A stretch of DNA of 63,609 nucleotides, the filler included, from Candidatus Nanoarchaeia archaeon (lineage in GTDB: Archaea; Nanobdellota; Nanobdellia; Woesearchaeales; DATDTY01): NCBI GenBank assembly GCA_035290625.1. It is 5 parts of 5 records of this genome, joined end to end, with 100 filler letters (N's around TTAATTAATTAA, not from the genome) between each part and the next. Parts side by side here need not be neighbours in the genome. Positions count along the whole stretch, not along the records: positions 15,599 to 30,735 come from DATDTY010000031.1; positions 30,836 to 51,316 come from DATDTY010000033.1; 3 more parts are not named here. The stretch is one strand, 5' to 3'. Position 1 is the first letter of the stretch; the number at the start of each line of letters is the position of its first letter. A program made the position numbers and the translations under genes. Below are positions 27,895 through 37,866 of this stretch, piece after piece. The notes beneath the pieces are model-generated. The model was not told the DNA's origin. It saw only the letters and a program-made list of their open reading frames with translations, and searched no databases.

Positions 27895-29238
27895 TTACAT
27901 TATCTCCTGCAATATATCTTTTCTACTTTCTCCTCTCAGTTTTCTCATTGCCTTGGCCTCGATTTGCCTCACTCTTTCCCGTGTGACGCCAAAACGATTG
28001 CCGACTTCCTTAAGACTATGTGTTCTCATCGGAAGCCCATGAAGCGGAATTCCGTATCTGAGCCGCATCACGGTCTCTTCCCTCTCTGTCAGCGAAGAGA
28101 GCACATCTTCTATTCTGGCAAGGCTCTCCTCATCTGAACCGATATCTGAGGGATAGCGTATGGTTGTATCGGGGATACAATCCTTCAGCTCTGCCTTTTC
28201 GTCCCTTCCACATTTTGTGTGGATTGAGATCTCTCCCTTTTTGTATTTCACTACATCAACCTCTTTGGGTTGTATGCCCAGTCTTTCAGCAACCTCTTCA
28301 GGACTTGGAGATCTTCCTAACTGTTTCATGAGATCATCCTGTGCACGGTTAATCCTTCTGATTTCCACTTGTTTTCCGACAGGCACTCTGACGTTTTTCG
28401 CGTGGGTATCAATTGCCCGACCTATCGACTCCTTGATCCACCAGGTTGCATACGTGGAAAATTTATACTCTTTCTCCTGCTGAAACTTCTCAGCAGCCCG
28501 CATCAGGCCGAGGTTGCCTTCCTGGATAAGGTCATCCATATCCATGCCTTTTCCTCTATATCCTTTGGCAATAGAAACTACCAGACGCAGATTTGGCAGA
28601 ATAAACCCATTCACAGCATCCCGATACTCGTCAAGATTCATCCTCAATGTTGCATACTTCTTTGAGATCCCCCTATGCTTTTTGGCAAGCGAATCCGATT
28701 CTTTTGAAGAACATCGCTCTAATCTCTCTTGATACCTCTGCTTCTGGGACGCAAATCTCTCCAGCAGCATGTCTGACATCTCTGCAACCATGCCGAGTGC
28801 AAGCCATTTTCCACGAAACGCTTCCCTTGCTTTTTGCCTGGAATACCCGTTTAATATAAATTCCATATCTGAGTAGAACTCACGATAATCCTGTTCTTGT
28901 GGATCACCTATCTCTGTCGCATCCTGAAACAGCCACCCGAGTTGCTTAACAAACCCAGCCTGCTTTGGAGGTGATATGCTTTCTGCAACAGACATCCCTA
29001 CCTTTTGATACCCCACAGGATTATGCAGATACCCTCCAGAAATATACTCTCCTGCGCAAAAAATCAAGGGCATATAATGCCTGACGAGTTCATCCAATCC
29101 AACCTCAATCACGGCCTCCTTGAGCCTTAGCCCGGCACTGTCTTTTTTCTCTCCTAGCTCAGCCTCCTGTTCCCGGGTAAGAAGCTGTTTGCTTGCTGCG
29201 AAATACCAAGGAAGGCTGTACACATCTGATGGTAGCAT
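27895..29238 (-). CDS. Sigma-70 family (RpoD-like) factor, paralogue 1
   Basis: Region 1.2 [10 protein letters not shown]; region 2 [39 protein letters not shown]; region 3 [11 protein letters not shown]; region 4 [28 protein letters not shown]. Confidence 0.93.
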   Translation of the reverse strand: MLPSDVYSLPWYFAASKQLLTREQEAELGEKKDSAGLRLKEAVIEVGLDELVRHYMPLIFCAGEYISGGYLHNPVGYQKVGMSVAESISPPKQAGFVKQLGWLFQDATEIGDPQEQDYREFYSDMEFILNGYSRQKAREAFRGKWLALGMVAEMSDMLLERFASQKQRYQERLERCSSKESDSLAKKHRGISKKYATLRMNLDEYRDAVNGFILPNLRLVVSIAKGYRGKGMDMDDLIQEGNLGLMRAAEKFQQEKEYKFSTYATWWIKESIGRAIDTHAKNVRVPVGKQVEIRRINRAQDDLMKQLGRSPSPEEVAERLGIQPKEVDVVKYKKGEISIHTKCGRDEKAELKDCIPDTTIRYPSDIGSDEESLARIEDVLSSLTEREETVMRLRYGIPLHGLPMRTHSLKEVGNRFGVTRERVRQIEAKAMRKLRGESRKDILQEIM

Positions 29239-29255
29239 GCAGCAAAGTAATAGAA

Positions 29256-29278
29256 TTTATTATATTAATCTATCTTTC
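29256..29278 (-). promoter_or_regulatory. Putative archaeal BRE/TATA upstream of sigma paralogue 1
   Basis: Minus strand GAAAGATAGATTAATATAATAAA; TTAATATA lies 23-30 nt upstream of ATG; no SD. Confidence 0.45.
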
Positions 29279-29320
29279 TCCTGGCCATTTGCGCTCAAGA
29301 AAGCAAAATCTGAAACAGCA

Positions 29321-30688
29321 TCACAGGCAGTTTTCCAGCATCTTTAGTCTGAAGGGCATATGTAAAGAATTCATTGCCTCACTTTCAATCTGCCGGATCC
29401 TCTCACGCTTTAATCCAAATCGCTGGCCTATCTCCTCTAATGTACATTGTTTGAGGGGCTTCCCGGGATACCCCAGCCCCAATCGGAATCTCATCACCAC
29501 TTCCTGCCTGAAGGGCAATGTGGAAAGGGTTTTGTTGAGATACTCGTCGGCTTCTGCATCAAGCAGACCTTTACCAATCGGCTCACGTGAAGTGTCCTCA
29601 AAAAGATCCCCAATCTCAGAGCCTTCTTCAACCATCTCGTTGAGAGATACACACTTTGGAAGCATCTGGAGCTTTTGAACCTGATCCTGGCCGATTCCCA
29701 AAGCAGCAGCAAGCTCTTCTTCTGTGGGCTGTCTAAGCTTTCTGGCGGTGAGCTCTTGAGTCACCCGATGCAAGCGCCGATTCAATACCCTCTTTTTTTG
29801 TGGAACATGGATTGTTGAGTATCTCTCGTCAGCTGCCCGGGAGATTGCCTGGCAAATCCACCAGGTGCCATAGGTAGAAAATCTTCCAAGGGTATGATCA
29901 AATCTCTCTGCTGCGCGTATGAGGCCTATATTTCCCTCTTGAACCAAGTCCAGCAAAGGGGCTCCTGTTCGTTGGTAGCCTTTTGCCGCATCTACAACCA
30001 GCCTCAAGTTGTGGTTTATGAGGGCATCCCTCGCATCAAGGTATCCTTGCATGCCAATCCTGATTCTTTCATATTCAACCTCCCCATTTCCATTCTTTGT
30101 GACCCGGGATCCAATATCGAAGACAGCCTTTGCAGGCATCTTTAAGAGATACTCTGAAATCTTTCCAGAATCGGTACTCGCACTCTGAAATGCCTGATAA
30201 AAGTCCTGCATTCTGGCAACAAGATCATCTTCTGCTATATCTCCTTCATCGCAGTCAATCCCTATTGCATCAAGAAACATCCCTGTAACCTTTTTTTCAA
30301 ACTCTTTCCTAGTCTGATCAGTGATCTTTTTGAGGCGGAGCCCGATCTCCTGATATGATTCAGGTTCTGTAATATACCTCTTTGAGAGATAAGTATTTAT
30401 TCTGGCCGCAAGCCGTTCATAATACTCGCGAACGGCAGCAATTCCTGGCTTTATCCTGACCAGGTTCTCTCTTATGATGCCTGTATGCTCCTTCTTCTGC
30501 TGGCTCAGCTGTGCCTCCTGCTCTGCTGTCAGCAGCGGAAACTGGCTTGCCTCGTGTAGATATGACAATACAAGATTGCTCTCTGAATGAGATCCGGAAC
30601 CCTCTTCATTCCCCAAATCCATCTCAGAGAAAAACAACAGGCTGTTTAATAAGATTTCTCTATTTTCCTGTCCATCTTGGCCATCCAC
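29321..30688 (-). CDS. Sigma-70 family (RpoD-like) factor, paralogue 2
   Basis: SYLHEASQFPLLTAEQE; NLRLVVDAAKGY..DLVQEGNIGLIRAAERFD..RFSTYGTWWI; TLEEIGQRFGLKRERIRQIE; start uncertain near contig end. Confidence 0.92.
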   Translation of the reverse strand: MDGQDGQENREILLNSLLFFSEMDLGNEEGSGSHSESNLVLSYLHEASQFPLLTAEQEAQLSQQKKEHTGIIRENLVRIKPGIAAVREYYERLAARINTYLSKRYITEPESYQEIGLRLKKITDQTRKEFEKKVTGMFLDAIGIDCDEGDIAEDDLVARMQDFYQAFQSASTDSGKISEYLLKMPAKAVFDIGSRVTKNGNGEVEYERIRIGMQGYLDARDALINHNLRLVVDAAKGYQRTGAPLLDLVQEGNIGLIRAAERFDHTLGRFSTYGTWWICQAISRAADERYSTIHVPQKKRVLNRRLHRVTQELTARKLRQPTEEELAAALGIGQDQVQKLQMLPKCVSLNEMVEEGSEIGDLFEDTSREPIGKGLLDAEADEYLNKTLSTLPFRQEVVMRFRLGLGYPGKPLKQCTLEEIGQRFGLKRERIRQIESEAMNSLHMPFRLKMLENCL

Positions 30689-30735
30689 TGCTTTAGCTCA
30701 AACTTGTTGAAGAATTCCTGAGCCTTCACGCTAAA

Positions 30736-30835
30736 NNNNNNNNNNNNNNNNNNNNNNNNNNNNNNNNNNNNNNNNNNNNTTAATTAATTAANNNNNNNNN
30801 NNNNNNNNNNNNNNNNNNNNNNNNNNNNNNNNNNN
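30736..30835. other. Artificial contig linker
   Basis: N-run, TTAATTAATTAA, N-run. Confidence 0.99.
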
Positions 30836-30928
30836 TAACAGTATATAACCTAAAGTCTTTAGATTTTAAGGCTATAAGACTTAATCCTGCTGAATTTGGA
30901 TGCCCATAAGCGGAAAATCCGTTATGAC
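30836..30928 (-). repeat. Possible attC-like site truncated by contig start
   Basis: Minus strand GTCATAAC...CTGTTA at the contig edge, downstream of the 62-aa gene; local hairpin CATAA-G-CGGA-AAA-TCCG-TTATG. Confidence 0.3.
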
Positions 30929-30954
30929 TGATAAATAAGGAAAAAAAGAAAAAA

Positions 30955-31143
30955 TCAGGATTTGAGCTTTTCCTGAAGCTCTTTATCCTGTTCAATGAGT
31001 TTTCTTAGAAAACGGGCATACATGGCTTCCCAGTAGCCGCATTTCTCATACCATGGAATGCGCCATTTCATAAGGTCTCTGACATCATTCTGGAGCTTGT
31101 CCAGCATTTCTTTTCTTTCTAACCATATTTTATCTAGTTTCAT
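30955..31143 (-). CDS. Small hypothetical protein (candidate first cassette gene)
   Basis: 62 aa, SD GAGGTGA, divergent from the integrase. Confidence 0.6.
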   Translation of the reverse strand: MKLDKIWLERKEMLDKLQNDVRDLMKWRIPWYEKCGYWEAMYARFLRKLIEQDKELQEKLKS

Positions 31144-31471
31144 TTAATCACCTCAAATGTTTTTAATATTCCTAAAGGAAGGAAATCAATGAAGTTTTGT
31201 ATGCAATGGAAAGCTCAATTAATCTCCTGACTGTCACTAAGGCATTTGAGGTTATGAAACTGAGAAATTGGAGGAAGATAAAGAATTGGGCATTGACCAC
31301 AGAATAAGATGTTGGAGGTGAAATGGCAGAATGTGGCATTAATTTCGGATGGAAATTTTGTATGTAAGGCTAAAACTATTCTTTTCAATATCGCAAATAA
31401 CCACAGGACACTGGACATCTTCGCGTGAAGTATTTAAACTAATAATTGATTATCATAACAATGTGATTCAA

Positions 31472-32302
31472 ATGGACGTACCGGAATTGATAAGGAAAGA
31501 AGGGCTAAGGAGAGGGTTAAGCCACAAAACAATAAGGACTTACAGGCAATGCGTCAGGAAGTTCTTCGGCTGGTTCAAAAAGGAGCCGAATGAAGCAAGC
31601 AAAACTGACATTAAAGATTATCTGGACCTGATGATTGAGAAAGGCGCATGCGGCAGCACCATTAATGTGAACTTGAACGCATTAAAGTTTTTTTATGGCA
31701 ATGTTTTACGCAAGCGGCTGATGATCAATATAAGATACTCAAAAACGCCTAAAGCGCTGCCAATCGTTTTGACTAAAGAAGAAGTTGCAATGCTGATAAA
31801 TTCAATAAGCAATCCCAAGCACAAGCTTATGGCAAAGCTTATGTATTCTGCCGGGCTTAGAGTAAGCGAGCTTGTTCATCTCAAGCCGGAAAATCTTGAC
31901 ATCAGGAACGGCTATGGATGGGTAAGGCATGGCAAGGGCAACAAGGACAGGATGTTTGTAATAGCGGAAAGCATTAAGGAGGAGCTGGCTTCGTACATAG
32001 CAAAAGAATGCGTGTCTTCCGATTCTTATATCTTCAGAGGATTCAGCGGGCACATCACCACAGCAACTGTAAGGTCTGTAATAAAAAATGCAGTGAAGAA
32101 TGCCAAACTATCCAAGCATGCCCACCCGCACACTTTAAGGCACAGCTTTTCAACGCATCTTATAGAGAACGGAAGCAGCGTTGCAGAAGTCCAGTCATTG
32201 CTTGGGCACAGCAGCGTAGAAACAACAATGATCTATCTCCATATCGCCTCTCCCAAAATGATTGGCGCAAAAAGCCCGATTGACAGCCTGCCTATCCTCT
32301 AA
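31472..32302 (+). CDS. Tyrosine recombinase, integron-integrase/XerD-like
   Basis: SAM-like N-domain (SHKTIRTY), GLRVSE, GKGNKDR, HPHTLRHSF, LGH, TTMIY, C-terminal KSPIDSL; no IntI-specific insertion. Confidence 0.93.
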   Translation: MDVPELIRKEGLRRGLSHKTIRTYRQCVRKFFGWFKKEPNEASKTDIKDYLDLMIEKGACGSTINVNLNALKFFYGNVLRKRLMINIRYSKTPKALPIVLTKEEVAMLINSISNPKHKLMAKLMYSAGLRVSELVHLKPENLDIRNGYGWVRHGKGNKDRMFVIAESIKEELASYIAKECVSSDSYIFRGFSGHITTATVRSVIKNAVKNAKLSKHAHPHTLRHSFSTHLIENGSSVAEVQSLLGHSSVETTMIYLHIASPKMIGAKSPIDSLPIL

Positions 32303-32347
32303 TCCGGGAGATCAATCCCAGATTATGATCCTCCTGAGCAGCTTGCC

Positions 32348-33142
32348 CTAATACACCTTCATCAGCTTCCTCAAGACAAGGCTGAACACCAACGAGAATA
32401 TGATGTACGTGCCAAGCCAGCCGAGCTTCCAGCCGAAGAGATTCATGACAACCGCTTTCTTATTGCCGATGCTGAGCGACTGGATCCCTGCATCTTTCAA
32501 TGAAGGGGTTCCCTGATATTCCTTTTCTGTGATGATGGGAGTTTTTACCCTCCTTTCATTGGTTATCAGGATCTCTGCCTGGAATTCCTTTCCATCCACT
32601 GTGAACTCGATGATGAATTCGTCTCCTTTAGGATTCTGCAGCTTCTGAGGCGCAATCACATTCCAGGCAATCTGCTTTGTTCCTGTTCTTTCCTGGGTTT
32701 CCTGTGTTCCAAAAGCAAATCCCTGAGGAAGGCTTAAGGCAGCTGCATGCTCAGCATCATCAAGGAACTGCACGCTGACCTGGAACTCCTGGCCAGGCTT
32801 AATGGGATCTGCTGCATAGGCGCTGCTCAGCCAGCCGAATATGAGGAATACAGGAATCAACGTGAATATCATCGGCTTGAATGACTGCATCATATATTTC
32901 ATATTTACTTCCATTGCCTTCTTCTGGAGCTCTATGGCCTTCTTTGGGTCTTCCCGAGATGCCTTCATATCCTTCTGGTGCTGCTTGATCTCTTCCTTCA
33001 GCTGCTTCATCAAGACTTGGTCAGTTGTCCATTTGTATATGAGAATGATAAGCAATGAGATTGCAAAGCTGATGACCCCTATGCCGACCACTGGAGGAAG
33101 ATTCAGAACAGGAGACATCATTGCATCTATCCATTCAAACAT
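32348..33142 (-). CDS. DUF106 / EMC3-TMCO1 (Oxa1 superfamily) membrane protein
   Basis: TM-coiled coil-MMQSFKPM, C-terminal GWLGTYIIFS; follows secY. Confidence 0.88.
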   Translation of the reverse strand: MFEWIDAMMSPVLNLPPVVGIGVISFAISLLIILIYKWTTDQVLMKQLKEEIKQHQKDMKASREDPKKAIELQKKAMEVNMKYMMQSFKPMIFTLIPVFLIFGWLSSAYAADPIKPGQEFQVSVQFLDDAEHAAALSLPQGFAFGTQETQERTGTKQIAWNVIAPQKLQNPKGDEFIIEFTVDGKEFQAEILITNERRVKTPIITEKEYQGTPSLKDAGIQSLSIGNKKAVVMNLFGWKLGWLGTYIIFSLVFSLVLRKLMKVY

Positions 33143-33151
33143 TGCATGGCC

Positions 33152-34543
33152 TCATTGCTGCATAAATCTCCTCATCATCGGATGCATGTCCATGACATGC
33201 TGCTGCGCAATCTCTTCGTAGAGCCTGTAGACAATCATGACCGAAAGCAGGATCCCTGTGCCTGAGCCAAATGCGCCGGTGAGGTCAGCCAATGATGCGA
33301 GAAGGGCTATGCTAATCCCGCCCATAATCGTGAGCGGCCAGATATACCTGTTCAGCATGCGCTCCAGGATGCGCTCATCTTTCCGAAAGCCAGGGATCTG
33401 AAGCCCTGAGGCCATGATCTGCTTTGCCTGCGACCTGGAGTCCATCCCTGAAGTCTGCACCCAAAAGACTGAAAAGACAGCACAGCCGACAACAAAGAAG
33501 AGGATATAGACGATGCTGCTGACAACATCAAACCCCCTGAAGCTTCCTGTAATCACCTTGCTGAGCACGTTTGGAGCAGAGAGCCACAAGACCAGGCCTG
33601 ATGCAGGGCTATTGCCGACAAATGTTCCAAGAAAGGGGTGCCCCCAGTTCTGGAGCAGCCGAGCCCAGAGCTGAATGTTTGCAATAAGCGCAGCTACAAG
33701 AATCACCGGGATGTTGCTGGTGTAAAAGAAGTTCAGCGGCCATCGAATGCCATACCCTCTGATCCTTCCAAATGAAAGCGGAACCTCAACCTTGATTGAC
33801 TGGCCATACACTGCAATGACAAAAACTATTATTGTGGAAAGGATGCCTGCCAGCATAAGCGCAGCAGTGGTAGGGTCTCCTGAAGCCAGGCTCTGGAAAA
33901 GCGCAGGGATTGCGCCTACCATAATCCCCGGGTTGGTGGGAGAAGCCAAGGGAGAGAATGCCCTAATAAATATATTCTGGGAGACTCCTGCCACAATGAA
34001 CAGGCTGATTCCAGAACCAAACCCCCATTTTGAGACAATCTCATCCATAAACATGATAAGGATTCCGCCTAAGCAGAGCTGGAATATCAGCAGCAGCTGG
34101 AGCTGCAGGAACAGGCCGGTTCCCTGGAACTCCACCGCAGGAGACAGGCCGCCCATGAAAACGTAGATTGAGGCTTCAAAAATGATAAACACAAACGCCA
34201 GGAGCTTCTGGATTCCCTGGAATTTCTTTTTTCCTTCTGAGGTGGTAAGGTCAAACTTAACAATGCCGGATCCGTTCAGGAGCTGCAGCACAATCGATGC
34301 CGTAACGATTGGGCCGATACCCAATGAGATGATGGATCCGAAGCTGGCTCCGAGGATTATCGAAAGGAATTCAAACTGCTGCAGCGCGTTCTCCCCCAGG
34401 CCGAAGAGCGGAACAAGCCCAAGCACATAGAACAGCACCAGGCAGATCCCTGTCCATTTGAGCTTCTCTTTAAATGAGACCCGTTTATGTGTCGGGCCTA
34501 CTACTTCCGGCAAATTTGAGATAAACCCTTCCCAGAATCCCAT
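33152..34543 (-). CDS. secY: Preprotein translocase SecY
   Basis: LGIGPIVTASIVLQLL, YTSNIPVIL, GTGILL. Confidence 0.98.
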   Translation of the reverse strand: MGFWEGFISNLPEVVGPTHKRVSFKEKLKWTGICLVLFYVLGLVPLFGLGENALQQFEFLSIILGASFGSIISLGIGPIVTASIVLQLLNGSGIVKFDLTTSEGKKKFQGIQKLLAFVFIIFEASIYVFMGGLSPAVEFQGTGLFLQLQLLLIFQLCLGGILIMFMDEIVSKWGFGSGISLFIVAGVSQNIFIRAFSPLASPTNPGIMVGAIPALFQSLASGDPTTAALMLAGILSTIIVFVIAVYGQSIKVEVPLSFGRIRGYGIRWPLNFFYTSNIPVILVAALIANIQLWARLLQNWGHPFLGTFVGNSPASGLVLWLSAPNVLSKVITGSFRGFDVVSSIVYILFFVVGCAVFSVFWVQTSGMDSRSQAKQIMASGLQIPGFRKDERILERMLNRYIWPLTIMGGISIALLASLADLTGAFGSGTGILLSVMIVYRLYEEIAQQHVMDMHPMMRRFMQQ

Positions 34544-34548
34544 TGTCT

Positions 34549-35016
34549 TCAGCCTTGGGATGCAGGCGCCTGTTTATTTAAATCTTTCTTTAGGATGACC
34601 TGGCCACCGGATCTCTCTACCTTCTTAACAGCGCCGCCGGATGCAGAATCAGCTATGATCCTATACTTCCTGGTTGGCGTACCTTTGCTGAGAAGCTTAC
34701 TGAATCCAAGCTTGGTGATATCAATCTCTGTGCGTTCTTCTTTCTCGCTGGCAAGGTGAGAGCCAAGGAGCCCCTGATATTTTTCTTCTATCCAGAGGAG
34801 GTTGACTGTTTTCTCCCTCACCATCCCCTGATGATAAAACCCTTTTGGAAGGGGAATCTTCCAGTAGCTTGGCTTCTTTGCATCCCCGCGCTTTCCGGAG
34901 CCGGCCCTTCCGCGGCCTCCGCGGTTTCCTGCTCCCCGATGCTTCTTCTTTGCCCCCCAGCCATGGGTCTTGCTTCCCCGCAGGCGGACAGCTTTCTTAC
35001 GCTTGAATCTCATCAT
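34549..35016 (-). CDS. rpl15: Ribosomal protein uL15
   Basis: RGSKTHGWGAKKKHRGAGNRGGRG. Confidence 0.95.
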   Translation of the reverse strand: MMRFKRKKAVRLRGSKTHGWGAKKKHRGAGNRGGRGRAGSGKRGDAKKPSYWKIPLPKGFYHQGMVREKTVNLLWIEEKYQGLLGSHLASEKEERTEIDITKLGFSKLLSKGTPTRKYRIIADSASGGAVKKVERSGGQVILKKDLNKQAPASQG

Positions 35017-35449
35017 GCACCATCCGCCTGATCAGCGAGTTTATCTCTTTTCCGCGGTTTCCAAGGCTGCCGCCGTTCTGATAGCTTACTTTCAGGCCTT
35101 TGCGCTCAAACCCTCCTAAGGGGTTGTTCAACCTGAAGAACGGCTTTATCTTCCGCTCGTCTTTTCCGCGCCATCTGCTGGTGTAGGACATCTTTCCTTT
35201 CCTATCAGCTTCCCTGCCAGCCCATCTTTCTCCTCTCTTCTCGATCAGGAACTTGAATGTTTCAGGGTCAATCTCGCCAAAGGTAACATAATCCTTCACT
35301 TTGTGGATCATCCCCATGATGCTCGGGCTCTTTTGGCAGACGGCGCAGTAATTCCTTGCATAGAGATGCAGCATGTTCAGAGTTTCATCCACGCCCCTCT
35401 CGATGCTGGCCTTTCCTCTCAGCCGAATTACTGCGATGTTGTCACTCAT
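34997..35449 (-). CDS. rpl30: Ribosomal protein uL30
   Basis: IAVIRLRG, VKDYVTFGEI, FRLNNPLGG. Confidence 0.93.
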   Translation of the reverse strand: MSDNIAVIRLRGKASIERGVDETLNMLHLYARNYCAVCQKSPSIMGMIHKVKDYVTFGEIDPETFKFLIEKRGERWAGREADRKGKMSYTSRWRGKDERKIKPFFRLNNPLGGFERKGLKVSYQNGGSLGNRGKEINSLIRRMVHDEIQA

Positions 35450-36284
35450 TGGCGTCTCCCTCATTCGGAACTTCCGGAACTTCTATTACCTCTTCTGCAA
35501 TCCCAAGCGCCTTAGCCTCCTTCTGGCTCACTTTCATATCAGACATCCGCAGCAAGGCATTTCTGCATGCAAAGACCACATTCATCTTCGATTTCTGGTG
35601 GCCTACTATCTTTGACCACACATCACGTATGCCTGCCAGCTGCAGCATTGTCTGCACATCTGAAGTTGTCTTCAGGCCTGTTCCTTTTGGCGCAGGAATC
35701 AACCTGAGGATGACGCTCCCGCACTTGCCCTCAATCGTGTATGGAATGCTATGCGGATTCGCGCATCCGCACTGCCAGGAACCGCATCCTCGCTTCACAT
35801 TCATAATGTTAAGCTTAGCGTTCCGAGTTGCCTTCTCTCTTGCCGGCACAGTCTCCTTGCTCTTGCCGTGCCCCAGCCCAAAGTGCCCGTTCCTATCACC
35901 AACTACTGCAACAATTGTAAAATGAGGCTTGTTGCCCTCCTTGGTCTTTTTCTGCGTCTGCTTAAAGATCCGCTTCTGGCCTCCACCGAACTTTCCTTTT
36001 GCCTGACCAACAAACAGCAGCTCAGTTTCCAACCCGGGCATCAGGATATCAGTTATCTCGGATTCCAGAATCCTATGCCCGCTCTCAATAATCTCTCCGA
36101 TATTCGTGATCTCCCCTTTCTTTACCTTAAGTCCGAGAAGAGTCTTTGGCTTCCACATCGCAGTATCAATCCCAGTCTCCTTCCCTTTTAGGGGCTCTGC
36201 TTTCACTTCTACCTTCACCTCTGCTTTCACGTCTCCCTCCTTTATATGAGGAAGAGCCTCGGCATCCTTGCGTTTACTTGGCAT
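35442..36284 (-). CDS. rps5: Ribosomal protein uS5
   Basis: WKPKTLLG, RGCGSWQC, PAPKGTGL. Confidence 0.95.
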   Translation of the reverse strand: MPSKRKDAEALPHIKEGDVKAEVKVEVKAEPLKGKETGIDTAMWKPKTLLGLKVKKGEITNIGEIIESGHRILESEITDILMPGLETELLFVGQAKGKFGGGQKRIFKQTQKKTKEGNKPHFTIVAVVGDRNGHFGLGHGKSKETVPAREKATRNAKLNIMNVKRGCGSWQCGCANPHSIPYTIEGKCGSVILRLIPAPKGTGLKTTSDVQTMLQLAGIRDVWSKIVGHQKSKMNVVFACRNALLRMSDMKVSQKEAKALGIAEEVIEVPEVPNEGDANE

Positions 36285-36846
36285 TTTGCCCCTCGTTTAT
36301 AGCTTCAATGGCTTTCCCCATATCCTCTATCTTCAGACCCTCTTTCTCGTATCTGGAAAACTGTTTTTTGTACTTTTCAACACCTTTCTGCTTCAGGAAA
36401 TCCGCATACGCCTTGATCAAGCTGCCATTTACAACCTCTGCTTTCGGGAGCACAGATTCCCCGCATGCAACATCGATTCCCGCGTCTCGAGCGCCTTTTA
36501 CTGCAGAGAAGATCCTCAAGCTCGGGCGCTGCTTGCCGATATCCACGACTGCTTCCTTGATGCCGCCGGCAATCCCTTTTCTGCCGACCCTGATCCCGGC
36601 GATATATGCCGAAACAGCGTTGCCGGTGCTGTACTTCCAGCCGGTTTTTACAAGGTCTCTCGTAGATGCTGCAGCCACAATCCTATCCCCTTGTTCTCCA
36701 TACTCGGCAATCTGGACGATGGTATTGTTTAGCGTCCGCCTCACGACAAGCCGCGGCTTTCTTGAAAGCAGAATCTTCAGGCGCTTCTTGTAGTCAGTCT
36801 TTCCTTTCCGTTTCCTCCTAAACCCGATCACTTTATGGCTTGTCAT
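36274..36846 (-). CDS. rpl18: Ribosomal protein uL18
   Basis: RRKRKGKTDYKKRL, PRLVVR. Confidence 0.95.
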   Translation of the reverse strand: MTSHKVIGFRRKRKGKTDYKKRLKILLSRKPRLVVRRTLNNTIVQIAEYGEQGDRIVAAASTRDLVKTGWKYSTGNAVSAYIAGIRVGRKGIAGGIKEAVVDIGKQRPSLRIFSAVKGARDAGIDVACGESVLPKAEVVNGSLIKAYADFLKQKGVEKYKKQFSRYEKEGLKIEDMGKAIEAINEGQNAK

Positions 36847-36859
36847 ATCATCTCCAGCA

Positions 36860-37309
36860 TCATTTCTTCAAGAGCTTGTTCTCCTCAAGGTAGAGGTTCA
36901 TGTGCCTCTTGCTTCTGAAAAAGCCGCCCTTTGCCCTCTTATACATCGTCCGGTATACTTCGCCCTCAATCTTCTTTCCGCTTTTTAACCCCTTCAGTAT
37001 CCCTCGCTGAAGCCGAATCCGCTGCATCCAGCTCAGCTTTTTCTCTGTCCTGGCTGTCTTTTTGCCCTTTCGGTGGCCAACACCTCTCCGCCTTCCCTTC
37101 CGCTTTTGGAGCATGTTCTCTCTTATCCTTCCCCTGGATATCCCCTTCACCCTCCTCTTTTGGATAACCCCCTGAGCTATCAAACTCCTGATATCAGTCT
37201 TTGTCACAGCTTCCTTTATCTGCTGGGCTTTTGCAGGATCCATCCATACCCTTTTTCCCGAGCATCCTAAAACAGAGGCTGCCAGCCTCCTTTGCATACC
37301 TGTCCTCAT
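36860..37309 (-). CDS. rpl19e: Ribosomal protein eL19
   Basis: QRRLAASVL, RVWMDP, KGGFFRS. Confidence 0.95.
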   Translation of the reverse strand: MRTGMQRRLAASVLGCSGKRVWMDPAKAQQIKEAVTKTDIRSLIAQGVIQKRRVKGISRGRIRENMLQKRKGRRRGVGHRKGKKTARTEKKLSWMQRIRLQRGILKGLKSGKKIEGEVYRTMYKRAKGGFFRSKRHMNLYLEENKLLKK

Positions 37310-37866
37310 GATTGGTTCCCCTTTGTCAGCACTTTATCCTTCTCCAGCTTTTCAGCAGCTTTCCTGTCCTTGCTCTCGTCCTCTTTTTGGTCTTTCTTTG
37401 CCCTGACTGGAGCCTGTTCCGTCTTTGTTCCGCTCTTGACTGTTTTTTTCTCCTTCTTTTCCTTCTGGGCTGCTTCGGCTTTCCGGAGGAACTCTTTCGG
37501 GTCTTTTATATTGACTATCTGCAACCCCGTCTCGAGAGCCTTCTGCACAATCTCCCTGCGCGCCTTCATACCGACCCCACTGCGGATTATCACCGCCTGC
37601 CGGGATGCATCAAGGCTGCCAAGGCTCTCAAGATTTGCAACCAGAACAGCCTCTTTTCCATCTTTCGTGAGCCCCCTCACGTCTTTAGGCGACCGATACC
37701 CTTTCTTGACAATTCTCCTGTATCCCTTGAGATGCAGCCTCATCTTTGAGGTTATTCCCTTGGGTCTTCGCCATTTCCAGCCGAGCCCCGGCTTCTTATG
37801 GGCGTCCTGCCTGATAAACTCAGGCTTCTTTCCCTTCATCTGGGCCCGAAGAGCAAGATGATTCAT
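37306..37866 (-). CDS. rpl32e: Ribosomal protein eL32
   Basis: PEFIRQD, WRRPKGITSKMR, GYRSP. Confidence 0.95.
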   Translation of the reverse strand: MNHLALRAQMKGKKPEFIRQDAHKKPGLGWKWRRPKGITSKMRLHLKGYRRIVKKGYRSPKDVRGLTKDGKEAVLVANLESLGSLDASRQAVIIRSGVGMKARREIVQKALETGLQIVNIKDPKEFLRKAEAAQKEKKEKKTVKSGTKTEQAPVRAKKDQKEDESKDRKAAEKLEKDKVLTKGNQS

